A stretch of DNA of 62,977 nt, filler included. It is 6 parts of 6 records of this genome, joined end to end, with 100 filler letters (N's around TTAATTAATTAA, not from the genome) between each part and the next. Parts side by side here need not be neighbours in the genome. Positions count along the whole stretch, not along the records: positions 1 to 18,351 come from SRR31156797_1058; 5 more parts are not named here. One strand, given 5' to 3'. The stretch's first letter is position 1, and each line of letters begins with the position of its first letter. A program made the translations under genes and the position numbers. A model generated the notes under the pieces. That model was not told where the DNA came from. It ran no database searches and saw only the letters and a program-made list of their open reading frames with translations. Below, piece after piece: positions 1-8,939 of this stretch.

Positions 1-190
1 GGCAGGTCTTCTGACTCTCGGATCGTTCTATTAACTGCGTCTTCCCGGGTATACGCCGCCGGCAATGCCCCCCCTGGCTCCGGCAGCTGTTTACCCAGTG
101 ACATGATTGCGGCTTTCGTCCCCGAACACAGCGATGGGCTCGTTCCCGACTCAAACGGGATTCCCTATTAAGCTTGCGCACCTGGTAAAA
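1..190 (-). ncRNA. Cobalamin (AdoCbl) riboswitch; the regulated gene lies beyond the contig start
   Basis: Minus strand reads AGGTGC...TTAATAGGGAATCCCGTTTGAGTCGGGAACGAGCCC..CGCTGT...GTCACTGGG...CCGGGAAGACG...GAGTCAGAAGACCTGCC, the conserved cobalamin riboswitch core and B12 box. Confidence 0.9.
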
Positions 191-199
191 ACATCTCTG

Positions 200-228
200 T
201 TGCTACAAGATAAAGCCAGGGATGTCAA
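200..228 (-). promoter_or_regulatory. Sigma70-type promoter for the riboswitch leader
   Basis: TTGACA (228-223), 17-nt spacer, TAGCAA (205-200), directly upstream of the riboswitch. Confidence 0.5.
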
Positions 229-547
229 GCAGCTTTGCAACGCCGGTTTGAGCGTCCTGTAATCCAGCCCCCCAGCTCTTTCAAGCAGGATGGGATGGAT
301 CCGGATGATCTGCAGCAACTTGGGAGCCAAGATTTTGGCGGACGACCTGCCCGGGCTCCTGGAACGAGCAGGATAAAGCATCGTTTTCACAATACTGCGC
401 CATACACCCGGGGAGAGTTCGAATCCGAAAGACGAACAAGATGTGACTCGTTTTTTCTTAAAAAATGTGTCATGAATAAAGTGTAGCGCAAGTTCTAAAC
501 ACCAATAATCGTTTAGAACGGCATCTCTGTAAAAAGGGAGATTTGAT

Positions 548-1333
548 ATGAAAACCCGTTTTTTTATCTTTTCAATAATTATCATTATAATACCAACTTT
601 TTGCACAGCAACACCCTCGGCCAGGGAAAGACCGATGATCATTGCATTTTATGGTGATTACGCGCCTTATAGTATGGTTATTGATGGTGAGATCCATGGC
701 ATTTTAAAGGATATCTTAACTGAAGCACTGGAAAAAAGAATGGGGCTTTCGATAAGATTTGCAGAGGGGCCGTGGGAACGGATGCAAAAAAATGTGAAAC
801 GGGGTGAGATGGACGCTCTTTGTACCGTACCTACGGAAACAAGGAAAGAGTACGCAACTCCCAGTAAAATGGTTACAATTGTTGGTAATTTAAGGATATA
901 TACAGCGAGAAACAACCCCAAGATCGAGCGTTTGAAACAAATTAAGACCATAGAAGACCTCAGAAAAGGAGCCCTCACCAATAAATACAGGATAGGCTCT
1001 TATATCGGATCAGGATGGATAAAAGAAAATTTTACCAAGTACAATATTTATGTGGATCTTGCGCCCAAACAAATTCAGACCATAAAAAAACTGGCACGAA
1101 ACAGAATTGATGTTTTCGTTAATAACTCTACGGTTCAAAGATATAATTTAAAGATGATGAATATGAAAGATAAAATCATTGAACTGCCAAATGTACTCGA
1201 TCAAGATCATTTTTATTTACTGATTGGTAAAAAATCATCGTATTTGAAATATTTAAACGAATATGACATCGTTATACACGATATGATGAAAGACGGCACC
1301 ATTCAAAGCATTATAAAAGAATATGAACATTAA
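548..1333 (+). CDS. Periplasmic substrate-binding protein (SBP family 3, amino-acid type)
   Basis: Signal peptide; YAPYS...GILKDIL...PWERMQ...GEMDAL and KLARNRIDVFV motifs; RBS AGGGAG. Confidence 0.85.
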   Translation: MKTRFFIFSIIIIIIPTFCTATPSARERPMIIAFYGDYAPYSMVIDGEIHGILKDILTEALEKRMGLSIRFAEGPWERMQKNVKRGEMDALCTVPTETRKEYATPSKMVTIVGNLRIYTARNNPKIERLKQIKTIEDLRKGALTNKYRIGSYIGSGWIKENFTKYNIYVDLAPKQIQTIKKLARNRIDVFVNNSTVQRYNLKMMNMKDKIIELPNVLDQDHFYLLIGKKSSYLKYLNEYDIVIHDMMKDGTIQSIIKEYEH

Positions 1334-1745
1334 GAATAAAAACACGTAACAGGACCGGCTCATACAAATCCAAGCCCCCGCAAACTTTTTTATTCCCCTT
1401 CAAAAGACCCAGGCTGTCTTTTGCATCCTTAGAACATCTTCGTAAGTTCTATATTTGTCAGAAGACAACCTGCTGCGAGAAATCGTTTTTCATAAAAAAG
1501 GGCTTCCTTTTTTATGCGTCTTTAAGTAAAGAAGTCACAATTAATACAAACATAGTGACACTATCGGTACGGAATTGGGGTAATGAAGAGATCGGGAAGG
1601 GCATAAAAAATGATAATAATGGTCTTTGGAAATCTGTTATGGATGTTGAAGCAAGAGAAAAAACAGAAAGAAAATTAAAAGATAAATCTGGATGTGTTGG
1701 AAGAGCTTACCAGCCTGTCCAGGGACGAAATGGAAAAAATCGCAG

Positions 1746-4700
1746 ATGAAGTTCAAAAATCCTATAAAAAATAGCACGCCACTTATCGGCCATTACCGGA
1801 AACTTTCTCCTGTTTTAAAAGCCATGGTCCGGATCATGGCCATCGAGGTAGTTGAAATGAGGCAGAAGGAGATACTCACCTGCCTCGACAAACTGGGATT
1901 CAGGAATGACAAGGATAAGCCCCTTGCGCAAAAAGACCTTCGGCCCCAGGTGGTGTACCTTCAGGACCTGGGCCTTCTGATCAAATCCCCCCACGGGGTC
2001 ACCTGTCCCGACGCCATAAGGACAGAAGCGGTCCAGGATGCCGTCATGGCGGATCAATTCCGGAAGATCGCCCCGGTCCTGCTGAAGGTCAACCCCCTTG
2101 ACAAAGGCTATCATCGCTACTTTTTCAACACGACCAAAGAGCTTTGCAGGGCCATCCAGATGACGGTGTATGGGGGAGAAATCCATGGGGACCTGGATAC
2201 GGTTATTTCTTCCGGGTACGTCTATTCTACCACGGCCCTCAGTGAAAGCTCCCCGTTTCTGACCCTCTTCAACCGCCCGTTCCGCCCCAAGGTGTTTGAC
2301 CGCATTGCCCCGGAAACACGAATAAAAACCCTGAACCATCTCCTGCAGGCGGCGGAAAACATTCTGGAACCATCGGACGCGGCTTTTGAGTACAGCCTTG
2401 GCCTGTTGTCACAAGACCCGGAAATTCCCGCCTTTGACGCCATGTCCGGGCTATTGTTCAGGGGAGAAATCGAACGGCACGAAACTCTCGCAAAGAAGCT
2501 GCCCCCCTCCCCCGCCCTTTCAACCCAGATGGGATGGTCCCGGATGATCTGCAGAGACAGTGACGCCGCCCTGGCCCATTTCAAGGAGGCCATTGCCGCC
2601 ATCAAAAAAAGCACCCGCAAACGAAAGGTATTTCTCACAGGATATGGGGGCCTGTTTTTCCTGTTTGCACTGCTCAAAAGCGACGCCGCCGAGGACCACC
2701 GGGCGGCACTGGCCTATATTGATCTGGCGGAGAAACAATATAACCCGCTTCAGGGGCTTCTTGCAGCCATGAAACCCCTGTTCCTGGAAAAACTGGGACG
2801 GCCTGCCAGGACCCCGTACAACCTTGATAACTGCATTGGCGACAATCCGGTTCTCTCCCTTTTCAGCATCCTGATCCTGACCTGGCTCGATAAAAAAAGG
2901 AAAAAGAAACATATCGATATCCTGGAAGACATCCGGAAAAAAGCGGCATTGTCCGGCCACCGATGGATAGAAGCCGAGGCAACCGCACTGCTGGCAAAGC
3001 TTGGCAATAACAAGAAAGCCGATAAAAAACAGGCCGATAAAAAACATCACCAGTGCGGCACCCAAAGCCTTACGCTGCTTGTCCAGCCCACCCCCGCCTG
3101 GGAAAAGAAACTCAACGCCCTGATCATGATGGGAGACGCGTCCAGCCCGGAACCGGCATCAGCCCATGGAAACCAGCGGCTTATCTGGCTTATTGATCAC
3201 AACGAACACTATAACACCTGCCAGATCACGCCCCGGCTCCAGAAACGCTCAAAAAACAACACCTGGACACGGGGAAGGGCCGTGGCCCTGAAAAACCTGT
3301 ACGAGAATTACCATACCATGGAGGGGCTGACCGATCAGGACAGGCAGGTGGCGAGCACCATCGAGGAGGAGTCTTACAGAAGCGGCGGTTACCGGTATTC
3401 CTACCGCCAGGTGGAGTACAACTTTGACGAAGACAAGGCACTGCCGGCCCTGGCCGGCCATCCGTGCATTTTCCTTGAGGATGCCCTGGAAAGCCCTGTG
3501 GAGCTTGTCATGGGAAAACCGGAGGTGCGGTTCCGCCAGGAAAAGGGAAAAATCAAGGTCCACATGTCCCCCATGCCAAACGATCCGGATGACAGCGTTC
3601 TCGTGGTAAGGGAAACCCCTTCCCGCTTTAAAGTGGTGCGATTTTCGGAGGAGCATTTGCAAATTGCCGAGGTCCTGGGCAAAAAGGGACTGAACCTGCC
3701 GGGCCATACGGAGTCCATGGCGGCCCAGGCAATCGCATCCCTCTCCGCCATGGTGACGGTCAACTCCGACCTTGACGCCGGGGAGAACGGGGATGTCAGA
3801 GAAATAGCCGCGGATTCCACCCCCCATGCCCATATCATGCCCTGCCAGGAGGGGCTCAAGGTGGAATTTCATGTCAGGCCCTTCACCGACAAGGGCTCCT
3901 ATTTCAAGCCCGGCCGCGGGGGCGTCAATGTATTTGCCGAAGTCGACGGAGAGAAAGTCCGGGCCGTCCGGGACCTTTCCCTGGAAGAAGAACGCTTACA
4001 GGACGTGATTGAACAATGCCCCACCCTGGACCGCCTGGAGGAAAAGGGAGGACAATGGCTGGTGGAAGGACCGGAGGCCTCCCTGGAACTTCTGCTCGAA
4101 CTGAAAACCTACGAGGAAGCGCTCGTCATTGAATGGCCCCAGGGCGAAAAGCTGCGGGTCCGATCCCAGGTCTTCTCCTATGATGACTTCAAGATGAACG
4201 TCAAGAAAGACCGGGACTGGTTCAAGGCCACGGGCACATTGACCATCGACGATGACCTGGCCCTGGACCTGACAAAGCTCATGAAACTCCTGGACCAGCC
4301 CTCGGGCCGGTTCGTCACCCTGGATGACGGCAGCTTCCTGGCCCTGACCTGCGCCCTGAAGGAACGGCTCAAGGACCTGAAGGCCTACGCCACCCCCCAT
4401 GGCAAGGGCTTACGGTTCGCCCCCCTGGCAACCCCCGCCATTGAAGAACTCACCCAGAAGGCAAGTTCCCTGCGAACCGACAAGGCCTGGAAAGCCCATT
4501 GCAAACGGCTCAAGGAGGTCATCGAGCCCCGGGTGCCCCCCACCCTCCAGGCCCGCCTCAGGGATTACCAGGTGGACGGGTTCAACTGGCTGGCCCAGCT
4601 GATCCACTGGAACGTGGGGGCCTGCCTGGCCGATGACATGGGCCTTGGCAAAACCCTCCAGGCCCTTGCCGCCATTCTCCTGCACGCCGGCAACGGCCCG

Positions 4701-5930
4701 ACCCTGGTGGTGGCCCCCCTGTCGGTCATGGGCAACTGGCAGGAGGAATGCCGACGGTTTGCCCCCACCCTCCGCCCCGTTGTCTTCGGGCCCGGCGACC
4801 GCCAGCAAAGCCTGGACGACCTCGGCCCCTTTGATCTAATGATCTCCAGCTACGGCCTGCTCCAGGTGGAGGCGGACAAACTGGCCGGCGTGGAATGGCA
4901 GACCGTGGTGCTGGATGAGGCCCAGGCCATCAAAAATATGAAGACCAAGCGATCCCAGGCCGCCATGAAGCTCAATGCCCGGTTCAGGATGATCACCACG
5001 GGCACCCCCGTTGAGAACCACCTGGACGAGCTCTGGAACCTGTTCAACTTCATCACCCCCGGCCTCCTGGGCACCTATCACCATTTCAAGGACACCTTTG
5101 CCCTTCCCATCGAGCGGGACCAGGACAAGGCCGCCTCAAAAAGACTGAAAAAGCTGATCCGGCCCTTTATTCTGCGCCGGACCAAAACCAACGTACTAAA
5201 AGAGCTACCGGAAAAGACGGAGGTCACCCTCCAGGTGGAGATGAGCCAGGAAGAAAATGTTCTGTACGAGGCCCATCGCCTCAACGCCCTCAAGAACATT
5301 GACTCGGCAGATGACAACCCGGGCCAGAGGCACCTGCGCATCCTGGCCGAGCTGACCCGGCTGAGGCGGTTGTGCTGCAACCCGGCCCTGGTGATGCCGG
5401 ATACGGACATCCCAAGCTCCAAGCTCAGGGTATTCGGAGACCTGGTCACGGAACTGCTGGCCAACAACCATAAAGCCCTTGTTTTCAGCCAGTTCGTGGG
5501 ACACCTTGACATCCTGCGCAACTACCTGGACGATAGAAACATCCCCTACCAGTACCTGGACGGCAGCACCCGGGCCAAGGACCGCCAGGACCGGATCAAC
5601 GCCTTCCAAAACGGCGAGGGGGATCTCTTCCTGATCAGCCTCAAGGCCGGCGGATTCGGACTGAACCTCACGGCGGCCGATTATGTGATCCACATGGATC
5701 CCTGGTGGAACCCGGCCGTGGAGGACCAGGCCTCCGACCGTGCCCACCGCATGGGGCAGACCCGGCCCGTGACCGTCTACCGACTGGTGGTCAAAGACTC
5801 CATCGAGGAGCAGATCATCAAGCTCCACAAAGAAAAACGGGACCTTGCGGAGAGCCTGCTCACCGACAGCGACATGGCCGGCAAGATTTCAGCTGAAGAC
5901 CTGCTCGGGCTCCTGCGGCAGGCTGAATAA
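1746..5930 (+). CDS. SNF2/Swi2-family helicase with a long N-terminal helical region
   Basis: LRDYQ, LADDMGLGKT, DEAQ, TGTPVEN, LVFSQF, SLKAGGFGLNL and QASDRAHRMGQ motifs. Start placed at the ATG at 1746. Confidence 0.93.
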   Translation: MKFKNPIKNSTPLIGHYRKLSPVLKAMVRIMAIEVVEMRQKEILTCLDKLGFRNDKDKPLAQKDLRPQVVYLQDLGLLIKSPHGVTCPDAIRTEAVQDAVMADQFRKIAPVLLKVNPLDKGYHRYFFNTTKELCRAIQMTVYGGEIHGDLDTVISSGYVYSTTALSESSPFLTLFNRPFRPKVFDRIAPETRIKTLNHLLQAAENILEPSDAAFEYSLGLLSQDPEIPAFDAMSGLLFRGEIERHETLAKKLPPSPALSTQMGWSRMICRDSDAALAHFKEAIAAIKKSTRKRKVFLTGYGGLFFLFALLKSDAAEDHRAALAYIDLAEKQYNPLQGLLAAMKPLFLEKLGRPARTPYNLDNCIGDNPVLSLFSILILTWLDKKRKKKHIDILEDIRKKAALSGHRWIEAEATALLAKLGNNKKADKKQADKKHHQCGTQSLTLLVQPTPAWEKKLNALIMMGDASSPEPASAHGNQRLIWLIDHNEHYNTCQITPRLQKRSKNNTWTRGRAVALKNLYENYHTMEGLTDQDRQVASTIEEESYRSGGYRYSYRQVEYNFDEDKALPALAGHPCIFLEDALESPVELVMGKPEVRFRQEKGKIKVHMSPMPNDPDDSVLVVRETPSRFKVVRFSEEHLQIAEVLGKKGLNLPGHTESMAAQAIASLSAMVTVNSDLDAGENGDVREIAADSTPHAHIMPCQEGLKVEFHVRPFTDKGSYFKPGRGGVNVFAEVDGEKVRAVRDLSLEEERLQDVIEQCPTLDRLEEKGGQWLVEGPEASLELLLELKTYEEALVIEWPQGEKLRVRSQVFSYDDFKMNVKKDRDWFKATGTLTIDDDLALDLTKLMKLLDQPSGRFVTLDDGSFLALTCALKERLKDLKAYATPHGKGLRFAPLATPAIEELTQKASSLRTDKAWKAHCKRLKEVIEPRVPPTLQARLRDYQVDGFNWLAQLIHWNVGACLADDMGLGKTLQALAAILLHAGNGPTLVVAPLSVMGNWQEECRRFAPTLRPVVFGPGDRQQSLDDLGPFDLMISSYGLLQVEADKLAGVEWQTVVLDEAQAIKNMKTKRSQAAMKLNARFRMITTGTPVENHLDELWNLFNFITPGLLGTYHHFKDTFALPIERDQDKAASKRLKKLIRPFILRRTKTNVLKELPEKTEVTLQVEMSQEENVLYEAHRLNALKNIDSADDNPGQRHLRILAELTRLRRLCCNPALVMPDTDIPSSKLRVFGDLVTELLANNHKALVFSQFVGHLDILRNYLDDRNIPYQYLDGSTRAKDRQDRINAFQNGEGDLFLISLKAGGFGLNLTAADYVIHMDPWWNPAVEDQASDRAHRMGQTRPVTVYRLVVKDSIEEQIIKLHKEKRDLAESLLTDSDMAGKISAEDLLGLLRQAE

Positions 5931-5941
5931 AACATCAATTC

Positions 5942-5972
5942 CACGGGGCGGCGCGTTTCGCGCCTCCCCGTG
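5942..5972. terminator. GC-rich hairpin between convergent genes (terminator- or REP-like)
   Basis: CACGGGGcGGCGCG-TTT-CGCGCCtCCCCGTG. Confidence 0.55.
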
Positions 5973-6038
5973 AAGGAATAATGGGAAAGACTCATATGGA
6001 ACCCATCAAAGCCTTCTTTATATGCCGTGAACGCCATG

Positions 6039-6728
6039 TTATGCTAACAATTTATCAATATGCTCTTGCAACTCATTGATGCTATGGCAAGTGTGAGTTG
6101 CAAGAGCAGATATATATGCACGATTCGCACACAGCAAAATTGACTGCATTCCTGCTGCATTCGCTCCCTGAATATCATATTTTTCCAAATCGCCAATGTA
6201 AACAGCTTCGTCGGCAGACAAACCTAACTGGTCCAGCATGAAGTGGAAAATCTCCGGGGATGGTTTGGCGTACCCGACCTCAGCCGCAACCACAACGCCA
6301 TCAAAATAGGGTGCCAGTCCTGAACACTCGATCCGCGTATGCTGCTCGTCACTATCATATGCATTTGTGATCAATCCAAGTTTGGCACCCCGCTTTTTAA
6401 TTGCAGAAAGTAACTCTTTGACACCATTAAAAGGTTTGGTTTGTTCAAACAGCGTGTCTTGATAGAGATTCAGGTACCTCTGGTCCCATGGGATGCCGTA
6501 CCTGGTGAGAGTGTTTTCAAGTCTGAATTGGTGCATGGACAATGGATCTGCCTTGCCCTCATCCACAAGGGAATGGAATTTAATGATCTCTTCAACCGCG
6601 ATATCAACAAACTCTTCGGCAGGGCAAACAGCACCGCAGGCGGCGTGTACGGCGTTTAAGCAAAATATATCCGTGCTTACATAATCTACCAATGTGCCGT
6701 CAAAATCAAAGATTACTGCCTGAACCAT
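6039..6728 (-). CDS. HAD-family hydrolase (cassette-like gene)
   Basis: FDFDGTL motif I, ITN motif II, KPSPEIF, IGD...DIQGA motif IV. Confidence 0.9.
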   Translation of the reverse strand: MVQAVIFDFDGTLVDYVSTDIFCLNAVHAACGAVCPAEEFVDIAVEEIIKFHSLVDEGKADPLSMHQFRLENTLTRYGIPWDQRYLNLYQDTLFEQTKPFNGVKELLSAIKKRGAKLGLITNAYDSDEQHTRIECSGLAPYFDGVVVAAEVGYAKPSPEIFHFMLDQLGLSADEAVYIGDLEKYDIQGANAAGMQSILLCANRAYISALATHTCHSINELQEHIDKLLA

Positions 6729-6746
6729 AGAACTCTCCTATAAAGG

Positions 6747-6809
6747 GTATAACGCCGTACAGTGAGGCGCACGGCATTTTTGCGCGTCCTTACCGGCAAC
6801 ATGTTCGCT
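6747..6809 (-). other. attC-like integron recombination site
   Basis: Minus strand: GCGAAC-atgt-TGC[C]GGTAAGG[A]CGCGC-loop-GTGCG-CCTCACTGTA-cggc-GTTATAC. It has AAC/GTT cores, an imperfect stem with two extrahelical bases, and is followed at once by the RBS and ATG of the next gene. Confidence 0.6.
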
Positions 6810-6826
6810 GCACAGTATTTTTCTTG

Positions 6827-7816
6827 TTATTGAATCGACCTTTTCTGGCTGTACCTTGCCCACCAAAGGTTTATTGCATCAGATCGTGCATATAGAAACG
6901 GATCTTCAGGATCAAAGACTTCGTCTATTAAGCGATTATATGACGGTAATTCATTTTCTATTTTTTTTACATGCTCAATGCCTTTTAGAATAATCGTTTC
7001 CGGATCACTCGAATTAAAATTTGCAAATTTATAGAAAGAACCAAGGGGGAAAATTGCTACATGGCAATCGCCATTTCCAAAGGCCCTTATCCACATATTA
7101 TTGTACCATATAACAGGTTTTTCCCCCTTGAAGAAATCTGCAAACTCATTTTCGGAAACAAGGGATAAATTCCATTTTTTTGCTATTTCCCGATCAGATT
7201 TAGGCAATAAAAAACGATGTCTTCTATTGTAATTATGCTTATAGCAATTGGAATATTCATAGGTAATAATGGAACCTGGAAATTCATTGGTAAGATATTT
7301 TTCTAAAATATCTATTTCACAGATGCTTTCCGGCGTTACATACAGGTGAAAAACAATGCTCTTTTTATGGCTGGAAAAAGCTTTTGCAAATTTCATTAAC
7401 TCATTGAATGAATTTTTATACCCGGCAAATTTGTTATGGGTGGACTCAAGCCCGAAAAGTGTAATCCGAACAGCTTCAAGAGCAGATTCAGCAATTTCCG
7501 GGAACTTCGATTCAAAGAACGTCCCATCGAATCTGACGCCGTTTATCGGTTCCTTCTTGTAACGTATGTCATACTTGTCAAGGAATCCAACCAATGCAGG
7601 AAAATCATCATACAAGAAGGCGCTGTCAGAGACGAAAACAAATAAATTTTCGAATAAAGAGCCCCTATGGGGTAAGAAAGAACGAACGACTTCTTTGATT
7701 TTTTCAATTGGGATATTAGCACATTTATCATTTTTTGCCCCATCACAATGCAAGCAGCGATATTGGCAATTTGAATTTTTAAAGTCTAATGTAATACTTT
7801 TCATCATTTTATCCAC
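6827..7816 (-). CDS. Radical SAM superfamily protein (AT-rich, cassette-like)
   Basis: CQYRCLHC (CX3CX2C) near the N-terminus; ITLFGLESTHNKFAG...SFN resembles the radical SAM core. Confidence 0.75.
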   Translation of the reverse strand: MDKMMKSITLDFKNSNCQYRCLHCDGAKNDKCANIPIEKIKEVVRSFLPHRGSLFENLFVFVSDSAFLYDDFPALVGFLDKYDIRYKKEPINGVRFDGTFFESKFPEIAESALEAVRITLFGLESTHNKFAGYKNSFNELMKFAKAFSSHKKSIVFHLYVTPESICEIDILEKYLTNEFPGSIITYEYSNCYKHNYNRRHRFLLPKSDREIAKKWNLSLVSENEFADFFKGEKPVIWYNNMWIRAFGNGDCHVAIFPLGSFYKFANFNSSDPETIILKGIEHVKKIENELPSYNRLIDEVFDPEDPFLYARSDAINLWWARYSQKRSIQ

Positions 7817-7987
7817 CTAATCCATTTAACCTGCTGGCTTGCGCCACGTTCAGTGGGTTATTGACAGGCCCGGGCAAGTAAGGTGCATTGTCCAGCCCGT
7901 TACAAGCAGTCTCATCCAACCGGTTATTCACCAGTTTTCTCCTGAACAACATGTTGCTGCAGTATGTTATCCGTAAGGGTTATGTAA

Positions 7988-8057
7988 TTACCCCCCCAAC
8001 AACAAACTTATCTTAGCCACAACGAATTATCTTAGTTACAACAAGACAAATAAGATA
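7988..8057 (-). repeat. 19-bp-period direct repeats plus one inverted half copy
   Basis: TTATCTTAGccACAAC (8008-8023), TTATCTTAGttACAAC (8027-8042), degenerate third copy at 7988-8003, inverted TAAGATA at 8051-8057. Confidence 0.6.
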
Positions 8058-8267
8058 GCAAGGATGATTTGTTTAAATCCAAATAGTAGCTTTATAAATG
8101 AATAGATTTTGAGGGAGTGAGTGAGCCCTTTAGGCGAGCTCACTTTATTGGAGAGAATCCATCCTTTGGGACTGAAGATCCATGGGGACTATTTTTCATC
8201 TGGAGATTTAACATTGGACTTCAGGAACCGCTGAATTCAGCCGGGAAAAGATTTGTGCAAAAAAGAC

Positions 8268-8885
8268 TTATTTTTCCCCATAGCAAACCTGGAAGAACCC
8301 GGTCTTCCCCGAATTCACCCGAATTTTCCTGAATCCGGCTTCCTGCATCATAGCGGCCATGGCTGAGTCGGTATAGATGTTCAGGCGGTACAGCCATCCA
8401 AAGGCAATCCGGGTCAGAAGACCGTTGCCGGCAGTGACCATGGAAAACCTGCCCCCCCGGGCCAGGACCCGATACACTTCCGATAGAACGGCTCCGGGTT
8501 TTTCAACAAAGAAGAACATGTTGGCACTGGCACATGCCGTAAAGCTTTCCGGTTCCCAGGGCAGTGCTTCGGCATCCCCCTGTACAATCTCAAGCTGACC
8601 CCGGTCCATATATTCCCGGTTTTTCTTTGAGGAAAGGGTTACCATTTCCCCGCTGTGGTCAATGGCCGCTCCCCTGCCGGCCCTGGACATGGCCATATTC
8701 AGCAGTACGCCCCCTCCGCAGCCGATTTCGCAATACCTGTCATCTTTGTTAAGATCCAGTGCTTCCATGATGACCTTGAATGAATGGTAGTGGGCCTTAG
8801 GGTGGGCATAATGTTTCAGGGCCCATGAGCCCCGGGGCTTTTTTGCGGTTCTTTCAATAAAATTATCTCTTGTTTTGTTCAGCAT
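8268..8885 (-). CDS. Class I SAM-dependent methyltransferase
   Basis: EIGCGGG motif I, AIDHS, GDAEALP, EVYRVLARGGRF. Confidence 0.9.
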   Translation of the reverse strand: MLNKTRDNFIERTAKKPRGSWALKHYAHPKAHYHSFKVIMEALDLNKDDRYCEIGCGGGVLLNMAMSRAGRGAAIDHSGEMVTLSSKKNREYMDRGQLEIVQGDAEALPWEPESFTACASANMFFFVEKPGAVLSEVYRVLARGGRFSMVTAGNGLLTRIAFGWLYRLNIYTDSAMAAMMQEAGFRKIRVNSGKTGFFQVCYGEK

Positions 8886-8939
8886 TTTATAACTCCGTTT
8901 TGATCAAAAGTGCAGCCGGATACCGGTAAAAACAGGATT

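Noticed and set aside
198-213. TGTTGCTACAAGATAA as the partner end of the 8008-8043 repeats
   Set aside because: It is a single copy, one base shorter, and coincides with the riboswitch promoter; probably chance.
151-642. ORFs 151-642 (-) and 235-486 (+)
   Set aside because: They overlap the riboswitch, its promoter or the SBP gene and show no recognisable domains.
1555-1749. 64-codon ORF upstream of the SNF2 gene
   Set aside because: GTG start without an RBS and no motifs.
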